This document shows, piece after piece, positions 18,875 to 27,340 of a stretch of DNA of 64,000 bases. The stretch's first letter is position 1, and each line of letters begins with the position of its first letter. The notes under the pieces were generated by a model. It made no database searches. It saw only the letters and a list, made by a program, of their open reading frames with translations, and was not told the origin of the DNA. This DNA comes from a virus (Duplodnaviria > Heunggongvirae > Uroviricota > Caudoviricetes). The translations under genes were made by a program, and so were the position numbers. The stretch spans positions 286,796 through 350,795 of IMG/VR virus record IMGVR_UViG_3300049044_000033; one strand, written 5' to 3'.

Positions 18875-19917
18875 TAGAATAACCCTCCAGGTTTATTGAA
18901 ACCCTTAATACCTTTGACTAGTGTCTTGATTCCTTGCTTGGCTTCAGTGAGGTTACCATTTACAAGGTTCTTGATACCCTTCACACCAGTCAGGCCTACC
19001 GCAAGACCGCGATTAGCATCATAGGCATTCGCCACTTCGGAGATTACTCCACTAAAGTCACCGTCGGCAATGCTAGAAATATTCCTACGAAGGGAATTGA
19101 ATACCGTATCCCCGAAACTTCCTCGATCCTCATTAGGATTCAACGAAAGCCCAGGGTTAACACCTTCCGGAAGTTCGTTCTCAACGTTCCAGTAAAGTCC
19201 TCGATCGAGTCCGAAATCAGCTGCCATGTCAGGAGTGAGCTGGTCTGGTTCAGAGAAGGTAATACCCTCGTATTCAACAGTGACTTGAATCTCTGCAGAA
19301 GCAGCACCTGCATAATCCAAATCATCGGGATTATACATGGTAATCTTAGGATTAATCAGTGTGAACTTTTCATATAAACCCTGGTATAGCTGGTAGACTT
19401 CAATATGGCTAAAGAAGTAGCCATAGTCTTGATCAGCTAGAGGAGGCAAGAAACCCCAATTACCTTGTTCATACTGTTCTGGCATCACAATGTCATAGAC
19501 AGTGTTTGCGCCGTTGCCGTAGGTCTTGCTATCAGCGTAGTAGAACTGGTAGTATTCGACAAACAATCGTCGAAGAGCAGGATCTACTGTATCATGGAAC
19601 CTAAGCTGTAGAGCTTCAAAATCGTGCCCTGTCTGAATCACTCGCTTGCGATTATACTGATTAAGTGTCTGGGACTTAAACGAGATGCGAGGGCGATCTA
19701 AGGTCTTTACAGCAAAGCTAATATCCTTGGACCAATCTGATCCACCGTTGGAAACTGGTCGGATAAACTTAACAAAGAATAGGAACTTATTCTTAGGAAC
19801 ATTCGTAAACTTTGAACCGGTCATCCCAAATGTATTTTGGGCGTGGTGACTGTCCCCCAACATGAGGGACAGTCCATTCGCATCTTCGGAACGAGATCCG
19901 GTAAAGCTATCGGCCAT
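18874..19917 (-). CDS. tail-tube-fold baseplate/tube initiator protein (gp48/gp54-like)
   Basis: PKNKFLFFVKF, VKTLDRP, NQYNRKR, FHDT; adjacent to the tube gene. Confidence 0.65.
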   Translation of the reverse strand: MADSFTGSRSEDANGLSLMLGDSHHAQNTFGMTGSKFTNVPKNKFLFFVKFIRPVSNGGSDWSKDISFAVKTLDRPRISFKSQTLNQYNRKRVIQTGHDFEALQLRFHDTVDPALRRLFVEYYQFYYADSKTYGNGANTVYDIVMPEQYEQGNWGFLPPLADQDYGYFFSHIEVYQLYQGLYEKFTLINPKITMYNPDDLDYAGAASAEIQVTVEYEGITFSEPDQLTPDMAADFGLDRGLYWNVENELPEGVNPGLSLNPNEDRGSFGDTVFNSLRRNISSIADGDFSGVISEVANAYDANRGLAVGLTGVKGIKNLVNGNLTEAKQGIKTLVKGIKGFNKPGGLF

Positions 19918-19927
19918 TTTCTAAGCC

Positions 19928-20509
19928 TTAGATACGGACGCCTGGGATGAGTTCTGGCAGGCTGGTCATCAGACCATTGGCCAGAGTAGCGTTGTCGTAA
20001 CGGATGCTTAGAGTGATAGTCTGATAACCGCTTTCCGAGTATTCGAGTTCGCCATATTCAACGTTCTCGAGGAAGCAACCTTCTAGGGTCCAAGATTCCA
20101 CAACAGTATCGTTACCACCGTCCATAGTTTCGATGATAGTCACGAACTTGTAATTAACGCCTGCTGCGAAAGCAGTCTGTTCATAGTGGTTGAGCTGCTT
20201 CTGGATCTGGTGACCAACCATCTTAGCGATGTTGTTCGACAGATCATCCTTTAGCGTAACGCTGATGCTTTCCCACTTGTGCTTACCTGCATAGTAGGCA
20301 GTCGAGTTGTAGGAATGAACTTCAACAGGCTCATGTCCAATTTTTGGCTTGCTAACGCTCTGGACCTGCTGGGCGAAGTCTAGACCACCAGCGATTGGAC
20401 CAAAGTTAACAACGCGAACGCGGAAACGATGCTTAATCTTGAGTGCCAGGAGACCACCACGGCCCTGACCACCACCAAGGGGAACACCGAACTTAGAGAG
20501 AGTTTCCAT
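19928..20509 (-). CDS. gp19: tail tube protein
   Basis: LKIKHRFRV, YYAGKHKWESISVTLKDD, ESWTLEGCF, TLSIRYDNA. Confidence 0.85.
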   Translation of the reverse strand: METLSKFGVPLGGGQGRGGLLALKIKHRFRVRVVNFGPIAGGLDFAQQVQSVSKPKIGHEPVEVHSYNSTAYYAGKHKWESISVTLKDDLSNNIAKMVGHQIQKQLNHYEQTAFAAGVNYKFVTIIETMDGGNDTVVESWTLEGCFLENVEYGELEYSESGYQTITLSIRYDNATLANGLMTSLPELIPGVRI

Positions 20510-20600
20510 GGAGACCTCCGATCATAAATGAACTTCTTCAGTTTATTTATGCGGCGGTCAAATATACGTGGTTAACGTATTAGGAGTCTTGTAGTCATGG

Positions 20601-20631
20601 TAATGGCCCGGAATTTCTCCCGGGCCATTCT
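20601..20631 (-). terminator. hairpin after Ro60
   Basis: AATGGCCCGG/CCGGGCCATT. Confidence 0.6.
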
Positions 20632-20635
20632 CTCT

Positions 20636-22318
20636 TTACTTCGAGAAGAAGTCGCTCATGATCTGCGGTGCCGAAGCATCGAAGCCCACGAAATCCATCA
20701 TGCCCGAATCCTTAGGATCGGCAATCGTGAATCCCGTCGAGGTCATACCCAGTACCGCCAGCTTTGCAGGGATACCCATGCTCTGACGGAATGCCTTCAA
20801 AGCCTGTGAGGGCTGCTGACGACCAGCGTAAGTCTCGTTGTCCGTGTAGACAGCGAAGTTCTCCACGGGCAGCTTTGCGCTCAGCGCGTGAACCATCGGC
20901 AGCGAACAGTCAGTACCACCCATGTTCATCCGGTTGATCGTGTTAACCACGTCATCTAGCCTCTGACGGGGGCTGATCTTCAGTTCGCTGATTCCGTTGT
21001 TACCAGAAGTGAACGCCATGAACTCGTAAGAGGTCTCAACGTTCGCCGTGATCAGCGCCATAGCGGCCGAACCAACCCGAGGGGTCAGTCCCTGGATACC
21101 AGCACAGTTCTCCCAGGTCATGGATGCCGAAACGTCCAGTGCCAGAAGAGTGTTCTTACCAGTCGGCGTAACAGTCGCGAACGAACCGTAGAATGCCTGA
21201 TCCAGCGCATCAACAATGCCACGGACCGGAGTCCAAACATTGCTGCCCCTAGTGCCCTTGCCCTGACCATAGGTCAGGAAAGCCGCCAGGATCGCAATCG
21301 GGTGCAGACGTGCCTTACGGATCACATCAGCATCTGACAGCTTGCTCTTGATCAGCTTCTCGGCATTCGACATAGGCGTCAGCAAGCCAACGCTCGACAT
21401 CTTACCGAGGTTGCGGATCATCGCGTTGAGCGGCATGTTGGTCAGCAACGCTTCCCAGACCTTGGGATCATTCAGGAACTGAGTCGGGATAGCCTCACGG
21501 GGGAGGTTTGCATCCTGGATCAGCTTGATGATCTCATTCGCCTGAGTTGCCTGCTTCGCAGCCTCGAATGCCTGGATCTGCGGGTGCAGGATTGCCGAAG
21601 CATCGTTACGCGCAATGGAAACATAGTTGCCATTTGTCAGCGAACCATACACATAGTCCTTACCCTTGACCGCAGTCATACCGCCGGTCATCCAGCGCAG
21701 AACAGCCTCACGCTGCGCATCGTCTGCCTTGGGGTGAGCGAGACGCAGCATGTCGCGGTGCGACCAACCATCACGTGCCTGGTACTTGATTGCCTGATTG
21801 GCCAGACGATCAACCGGCATTTCCAGGTACCAGTTCGCTACAGCACGACGCAGAGCACGGCCCCAGCCGCGCAGACCGTCGATGAACTCGGCGAAGTGGA
21901 ACAAGTGGGTGCCGATACGAGCAACCTTCGGCAGAGCCTCAAGAGCAGCCTTACGAGTTGCCTCATTGTCTGCGGAAGCCGCCAGTGCCAGCACAAACAG
22001 CGCAGGGTCGTTCTTGGGAGCGCGACCTGCGTCGCTGATCTCAACCACGCGGTTTACAACGCGAACGCCGTCCTCGTTGATGAGGCGGATCACGTTCTGA
22101 GCATTCTGCTTGGTCAGCTTTTGCTCACTCACGTAGTAGGTGCCGCTCTCGGTTCCGAGAATCAAGAAACGGTCAAGCTGGTCCCACGCATTAAGCGTGA
22201 AAGAGAAGCCACCGGCGTTGTTCTTGGACATGTCGGCCTCGCGACCAGGAATTACCTGAGTCTGCGGAGTTGCCTTGGTGTTGATGGTACCAGACAGAGT
22301 CTTGGTGTAGTTGGTCAT
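20636..22318 (-). CDS. ro60: Ro60 / TROVE-vWA RNA-binding protein
   Basis: NNAGGFSF, LDRFLILGTESGTYY, RIGTHLFHF, KYQARDGWSHRDMLRLAHP, MIRNLGKM, vWA MIDAS LDVSASM...GGTDC...TDNET; true start ATG 22318 with SD AGGAG. Confidence 0.95.
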   Translation of the reverse strand: MTNYTKTLSGTINTKATPQTQVIPGREADMSKNNAGGFSFTLNAWDQLDRFLILGTESGTYYVSEQKLTKQNAQNVIRLINEDGVRVVNRVVEISDAGRAPKNDPALFVLALAASADNEATRKAALEALPKVARIGTHLFHFAEFIDGLRGWGRALRRAVANWYLEMPVDRLANQAIKYQARDGWSHRDMLRLAHPKADDAQREAVLRWMTGGMTAVKGKDYVYGSLTNGNYVSIARNDASAILHPQIQAFEAAKQATQANEIIKLIQDANLPREAIPTQFLNDPKVWEALLTNMPLNAMIRNLGKMSSVGLLTPMSNAEKLIKSKLSDADVIRKARLHPIAILAAFLTYGQGKGTRGSNVWTPVRGIVDALDQAFYGSFATVTPTGKNTLLALDVSASMTWENCAGIQGLTPRVGSAAMALITANVETSYEFMAFTSGNNGISELKISPRQRLDDVVNTINRMNMGGTDCSLPMVHALSAKLPVENFAVYTDNETYAGRQQPSQALKAFRQSMGIPAKLAVLGMTSTGFTIADPKDSGMMDFVGFDASAPQIMSDFFSK

Positions 22319-22430
22319 AGTCTTTCTCCTTCTTCGGCTCGCGAAACCCACGAGCAAGGTTGGTCCCTGACATTAGGACCGGATATTCGATCTAGATGTT
22401 GCTTATAAGATAGCGGACAGTGTTAGTCAA
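22319..22430 (-). promoter_or_regulatory. sigma70-like promoter and structured leader of ro60
   Basis: TTGACT(22425-30)-N17-TATAAG(22402-07); leader hairpins GGTCC/GGACC and GCTCGT/GCGAGC. Confidence 0.7.
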
Positions 22431-22704
22431 GCGCCTTTTTAAGGGCGCTCAAGACTTCCTCGGTGCTGTTGAAGACCCCGCTGATCATTGCAGGCTTATG
22501 AAGCACGACATGAATACAGTTTGGACCAAAGAATCGAATCAAGCCATAACCTTCGAAGCGACCGTTTCCGGGCTTGCGGTTATTCCACCTGGTTCGATAA
22601 GTTCCACCGACAGTGAATTCATCGTAGCGATAATTGTTTTCCACGCCGAGCAAATCTGCGACGTCTTGGTAGAACTGCTCTACCGACTCATTTTCCTTTT
22701 CCAT
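22423..22704 (-). CDS. hypothetical protein
   Basis: ORF with own TTGACA-N17-TTAAAT promoter (22711-22739). Confidence 0.65.
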   Translation of the reverse strand: MEKENESVEQFYQDVADLLGVENNYRYDEFTVGGTYRTRWNNRKPGNGRFEGYGLIRFFGPNCIHVVLHKPAMISGVFNSTEEVLSALKKALD

Positions 22705-22778
22705 GTTTCTATTTAAACACAAGAAAGGAATCTTGTCAAGTAAGGGGAAGAATCTTTCATCTTCCCCTTACTAGTCAG

Positions 22779-23426
22779 TTACTTTACTAGACGGAGCAAA
22801 GTAACCGAAGCAGTCAGACCGACCTTTTGAGTCAGGTCCAAACTCGAAGCACCGCCCATGTCGGCACTAGCCGCGACAGCATACGAGGCAGATTCCAGCA
22901 TGATACCACGGCTATTAGCCATCTTCATGCGAGGTGCCGAACCGAACTGAATCGTTCCAACGCGCCATTCATACGCAGAACCAGCACCTAAGACTTGGTT
23001 AAGAAGCAAAGCTTCATCCTGAGCCTTAATGTAAAGTTCCTTGCGTAGATTGGCCACAGCCTCATCCACAACATTGCGAGCCGGATTGTAGTCGAGATCA
23101 CCAATCTTCAACTGAAGGCCTTCACGACTTGCGTCCTTTGCCTTAGCGGCGAGGCCGGCCAACTGACCTTCAGCAACTCGAACGGTTGCAGTTGCTTCCA
23201 CTTCTTCCAGACCTGACCGATTGGTCGTGCGGTCTAGCTTTGCGAAAGCCCAGTCGGCATCAAGGAGCGTTTTCAGCGAACCCAGGATCGTACCACGCAC
23301 ATCAGTGGCATCTTCTGCCTTAGTGGCTAGAACTACTTCAACACTGACCTTGACAGTGTCGCTCACAATAGCCTCTTCGGCTGAGAGCTCGATATAAACC
23401 GAGTCTTGAATTTCCTGATTGCTCAT
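22779..23426 (-). CDS. SIMPL/DUF541-like protein
   Basis: LSAEEAIVSDTVKVSV...KAQDEA...ASYAVAASA...LTASVTL follows SIMPL architecture; strong SD AGGAGG. Confidence 0.5.
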   Translation of the reverse strand: MSNQEIQDSVYIELSAEEAIVSDTVKVSVEVVLATKAEDATDVRGTILGSLKTLLDADWAFAKLDRTTNRSGLEEVEATATVRVAEGQLAGLAAKAKDASREGLQLKIGDLDYNPARNVVDEAVANLRKELYIKAQDEALLLNQVLGAGSAYEWRVGTIQFGSAPRMKMANSRGIMLESASYAVAASADMGGASSLDLTQKVGLTASVTLLRLVK

Positions 23427-23458
23427 GTGGTTTCCCTCCTACAAATCCGATCTAAAAA

Positions 23459-23741
23459 TGGAGGGGGTGCCGGGCAGGGCGAACCATACCCGGCGGGGTT
23501 TGAGATTGCTACACAGAGTGTAGCACCCTACTATTTCAACAGCAACAGCGCAGCCTTTGAGCACAAAGCTCGAGAGCAAGTATTGTGGTGGACCGGGTCT
23601 TAGCGGACATCTATAGAGCGCCGTAGCTGTCTATAGAGCCTAACCCTAAGTTAGACCGAAGTCTATTCCACGCTGTTGAAGTCTATGTTCGGGTTCTCTC
23701 TATTTGTCATAGATAACCCACCAACATCGGCTCTTCGATCT
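23459..23741 (-). ncRNA. candidate structured ncRNA B (about 280 nt)
   Basis: TTGACA(23766-71)-N17-TATACA(23743-48); cUUCGg hairpin 23652-65; cUACGg hairpin 23610-37; 9-bp long-range helix 23672-80 with 23535-43; final UUCG hairpin then TTTTT. Confidence 0.6.
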
Positions 23742-23782
23742 CTGTATAGAGGATAGCAACCAATATGTCAATAACCGATCTC

Positions 23783-24120
23783 GGTAGTTGAGGCAGGACC
23801 CAGATCTGGGACTTACGACCAAGGCCAGCCCACCTGCTATTATTCGCTCCTTCCAACTTGGGATTCGCCGGCGGAACTACTAGACCCAATCCATGATCAC
23901 TTAGAATGGGGTTAGGGGTGATATTTCCCTTACTCAACTACCAAAGGCCTAAAAGGCCGTATCACTAGAGACGCGCTCGACGCCTCGTTACACTTTACCG
24001 AGTTAATCCTCAGCCACTTACAACCCCCCGGCGCCACCCGGGCCATCCTTTATGTGTCAGCACACATCCCAGTCACCGGCTGTAAGCTATATGGGTTCAG
24101 GAACAATGTCCCTTAGTGCC
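23783..24120 (-). ncRNA. candidate structured ncRNA A (about 340 nt)
   Basis: TTGCGC(24151-56)-N17-TATAAG(24128-33); begins GGCACT; perfect 10-bp long-range helix 23933-42 with 23783-92; no credible ORF. Confidence 0.55.
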
Positions 24121-24180
24121 AGTAACTCTTATACGGCAGAACGGTGATGGGCGCAATATCTTTCTAAACCTTTTATTCAT

Positions 24181-24214
24181 GGGAATGACCCGGACTTTCA
24201 TCCGGGTCATTCTC
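24181..24214 (-). terminator. hairpin after tail sheath
   Basis: GAATGACCCGGA/TCCGGGTCATTC. Confidence 0.65.
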
Positions 24215-24220
24215 TTTGTC

Positions 24221-26614
24221 TTACTGGAACAATGCGCCGAGGTCATCACCAGTTGCGACGATACGAACTGGAATGTAGATGAACTCGATTGCCTGCACTG
24301 GCTGGATTGCGATATCAACCCACAGTTCGTGACGATCAATGCGCTCTGGAGTATTGTTGGATTCATCACAAACCACAACAAAGTCGTGAAGACCGCGAAG
24401 ACCAACAAGGTCAGCCAAGAAGCGTTCGAATGAAGTCCTAACAGCATCACGAGTCTGGAAATCATTTGGTTCGAAGAGGAATGGCTTCGAGAGATTATCC
24501 AGGTTGTAACGCAGGTAGTTGATCAAACGAGCAACGTTGATACGATCCAAAGCAGTGTCTAGGTTGTGACGGGTCTTCTGACCATACATAACCAGACCAC
24601 GATTTGGGATATAGGCAATTGGGTTAATCTTGTTGCTGTAGAGCAAATCACGCTGACCGTTGTTCAGCAGAGCTGCCTTGAACTCGCCCTGATCATCCAA
24701 GTAACCAACGCTCGAAGCATTAGTGACAAGACCGCGAGTATAACCTGCAGGTGCCATCCACTGGTAGCTAACCGAGTCGTTGTAAGCTAGAGTGCGGAGT
24801 GCGATGGTCGAAGGTGGAACCATGATCTCATTACCATCGACGTTGGTGCTCAGACCCCATGGGTAATACATGCCCACGTATGGGTTGAAAGTGCTTACGC
24901 CCGACTCAGTGTTGCCGTTGGCAGCATTAGTCGCGAAGGTAGTGATCGAAGCACCATCTGGCTTCAAGCGAACAGGAGTATCACCAACGATGAAAGCAAC
25001 TTCCTTCATATCGGTATTTAGAGTGACCATTTCGTCAATCAGCTCAATGTAGCCAGGGGCTGCGAGCAGGTTGAAGTAAACGGTTTCTGCACGAATGTCC
25101 TCGTTGCTCGAGATAGTTTCAGCAAGAGCCTTAACAATCATCTGGCGCTGTGCCTTGCGGCCGAAGAATGGAACACCGTTAGTCTGGTAACCAGAAACGT
25201 TTGTCCAAGTGCCAGTTGCCTCGACATACTGCTTAACATCATTGGTCGAAGCTGAAAGATCATAAAGCTTCATACCTTCAGGGAAGTTCAACGCAGTGGT
25301 CGAAGCAGCTTCACCAAACGCAATACCATCAATTGGATCAATGTTGTCTGCGGTGTTGATTGCCTTCCAGAGACCATTGTTGTAACGGTACATCTTTGGG
25401 AAATTCTCAGTGTCTGAGGTATCTACCCACAGGTCATTCTCGACCAGCGGAGCACCAGTCGACTGAGCAGTAGGCTGACTACCAAGAAGGATAACACCGT
25501 TGATGTCAGTCGATGAGTAGTAGGTCTTATAAGGGACCCACGAACCACCATCGTTGACCTTGATGTTAACCGAGATGCTGCCATTGTTGTACCACAGAGT
25601 ACCATCAGCTGGAGGGCTAGTTGGCTCGGTAGCACCGGCTTCTTCCTTGAGGGCAACCCAGTTTGAACCGTTATAACGACGGAATTCAAACACTGCTTGG
25701 TCTGCTTCATGGCTCAGGTAAACCGAACCAGTGATCTGACCCAAGCCCGACTGCTTTGCTACGCTGTAGATAGGAACCAGGGTCTCATCCCAAACACCAG
25801 TACCGATGTTAAAGGTCTTCAACAACCAAGTTGCCGCAGCCGAAATAGAAGTAACAACGCTTGGAGTTTCGAGAACCAAAACGTCACCTACGCCGCCAGT
25901 TGCTGGACGGTAAGTGTTGTAGAGTAGCTCTGCGCTACCACCCTTGGCAGTCTTCCAAGCAGCCGAACCAACAATCAGCCAAGAATCAGCTACGCGCTGG
26001 TAGAGAACCTTCTTATCGTAGAAGACAACCATAGCAAAGTCGCCATTGACTGCTTCAGTGATCTTTGGAGGCAACTGACCAGGGTAAACTTCAGGTGCTT
26101 CTGAATCCAGCGAAGCTAGATCATCAACAACCCACAGGTCACGCTCTGCCCACTCGCTACCGGTCCATTCGTAAATGCCCCAAGTATTGTTAGTGGTGTC
26201 AAGCCAGTTGGTACCGTGTTCTGCTTCAGAAACCGGAGCAGTAGTCCTTGGCATAAGCTGAGCGAAATCGATCGCTGCGCGAATCACAAATGCGCGGTTA
26301 GCAATACCAAGGTACTGGTATGCCGCATGAAGACCGAACTCGTTGAGTTCGTAGCCGTGAACGGAAGTACCGTTACGGGTGTAGAAAATTGGATTACCAA
26401 ACGTCTGGAGGAGTTCGCGCTGGCTCGTGATTGGGTAGAGCTTGTTCGCGTTCTCTGGCAGCGTGCCCTCAGCTACACCACTACCACTTGGTAGTGACTT
26501 GTATTCGTGAGTGCCGATAATGATCAGCGGAACAGTGCCTTCGCCAGCCGTTGCGTAGTAGGATTCGTCGGTGACGGTAACAGAAGTACCGGGCGACACT
26601 AGAGGATATACCAT
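24221..26614 (-). CDS. gp18: tail sheath protein
   Basis: LVSPGTSVTVTDES, NELNEFGLHAAY-like segment, FNLLAAPGY, WMAPAGYTRG, YGQKT, LDRINVARL, EFIYIPVRI. Confidence 0.95.
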   Translation of the reverse strand: MVYPLVSPGTSVTVTDESYYATAGEGTVPLIIIGTHEYKSLPSGSGVAEGTLPENANKLYPITSQRELLQTFGNPIFYTRNGTSVHGYELNEFGLHAAYQYLGIANRAFVIRAAIDFAQLMPRTTAPVSEAEHGTNWLDTTNNTWGIYEWTGSEWAERDLWVVDDLASLDSEAPEVYPGQLPPKITEAVNGDFAMVVFYDKKVLYQRVADSWLIVGSAAWKTAKGGSAELLYNTYRPATGGVGDVLVLETPSVVTSISAAATWLLKTFNIGTGVWDETLVPIYSVAKQSGLGQITGSVYLSHEADQAVFEFRRYNGSNWVALKEEAGATEPTSPPADGTLWYNNGSISVNIKVNDGGSWVPYKTYYSSTDINGVILLGSQPTAQSTGAPLVENDLWVDTSDTENFPKMYRYNNGLWKAINTADNIDPIDGIAFGEAASTTALNFPEGMKLYDLSASTNDVKQYVEATGTWTNVSGYQTNGVPFFGRKAQRQMIVKALAETISSNEDIRAETVYFNLLAAPGYIELIDEMVTLNTDMKEVAFIVGDTPVRLKPDGASITTFATNAANGNTESGVSTFNPYVGMYYPWGLSTNVDGNEIMVPPSTIALRTLAYNDSVSYQWMAPAGYTRGLVTNASSVGYLDDQGEFKAALLNNGQRDLLYSNKINPIAYIPNRGLVMYGQKTRHNLDTALDRINVARLINYLRYNLDNLSKPFLFEPNDFQTRDAVRTSFERFLADLVGLRGLHDFVVVCDESNNTPERIDRHELWVDIAIQPVQAIEFIYIPVRIVATGDDLGALFQ

Positions 26615-26707
26615 AAACCAGCCCCTTTACAAACGGTGGATTTTCGTTACTGGTATTTATCCACCGGGCCGGTATGTGGGGCGCATTATGCGCTAGGTTA
26701 ACCCTAC

Positions 26708-27340
26708 TTAACTATTACTATGTTGAAAATTTTCTGTTTCTGGTTTAATCCAGCCAAAAAGATTGCGGATTGCCCATTTTCCAGCATCGTTGAGGTCACG
26801 AGTTCCTATCCCTGCCCAAATACCTTGTGGCTTGGGAGGGCAATCAATTGGCTTCCAACCAGCTTTCCACTGAAACCATTGTTTTTGCTCTTGGTCATAG
26901 ACATAAGCCGGGATTGGTTCAAATTGGGCTTGCTTCTCAAATCGGTCTAGGAACATCTGAACTGCCCAACCTGTGCCGCCTGCAACACAACCCTTATGAT
27001 CGAACTTTGAAACCGCATAAAGGGAATCAGACCAAGCAATTTGGTACCAATTGCGTCGAAGCAGACTTTTGACCTTCTTAGAGAAGTAATCCTTAAACGG
27101 ACGCTTGATACCTTTGCTAGCACGCCTCAGAGCTTCATCAGCCCTGATTAGCTGTTCCTCAGTAAGCCTGACTAGTTCTTGTACCGGAGCCTGCGATTCG
27201 TGGTTCTCAAAAGACCAATGAATCACAGACTGTCCATCACGACCAGCATTCATCCCCCACTGGAGGTCTGCGCCGATGGCACCTCCACTGAGACAGATAT
27301 TGCCCTTCAGAGCTTCGAGAAATGATTCGTCAGCAGACAT
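26708..27340 (-). CDS. SLOG-superfamily-like nucleotide-binding protein
   Basis: ICLSGGAIGADLQWG glycine loop, LLRRNWYQI, GGTGWAV, AGIGTRDL. Confidence 0.55.
   Translation of the reverse strand: MSADESFLEALKGNICLSGGAIGADLQWGMNAGRDGQSVIHWSFENHESQAPVQELVRLTEEQLIRADEALRRASKGIKRPFKDYFSKKVKSLLRRNWYQIAWSDSLYAVSKFDHKGCVAGGTGWAVQMFLDRFEKQAQFEPIPAYVYDQEQKQWFQWKAGWKPIDCPPKPQGIWAGIGTRDLNDAGKWAIRNLFGWIKPETENFQHSNS

Noticed and set aside
21584-22408. 274-aa plus-strand ORF over ro60, and similar long antisense ORFs at 35639-36487, 36572-37189, 49491-50243 and 52538-53107
   Set aside because: Antisense shadows of strongly codon-biased real genes; no RBS or recognisable motifs
9886-23460. Shared TTTTTAGATCG after hairpins near 9890 and 23455
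   Set aside because: 11-mer pair matches are expected by chance in 64 kb
23459-23530. tRNA gene (GGTTCG and terminal CCA)
   Set aside because: No D-arm or anticodon arm; GGTTCG sits in a UUCG tetraloop, not a 7-nt T-loop
23459-23620. tmRNA (including two-piece alphaproteobacterial type), suggested by GGTCCACCA and CTCCA ends
   Set aside because: No T-arm with a pairing stem, no GGGG acceptor 5' strand and no tag reading frame ending in AA-stop
23767-23792. GTCAATAACC resembling the 5' end of HEARO/IscB omegaRNA
   Set aside because: Downstream HEARO elements and any IscB/HNH ORF are absent; explained by a local hairpin and the -35 box
23783-24120. RNase P, SRP or group I intron identity for ncRNA A (AATAGCAGG, GGAAGGAGC, TAAGTCC fragments)
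   Set aside because: Only isolated short resemblances; no GAGGAAAGUCC/P4, no SRP helix 8, no P7 pair and no interrupted gene
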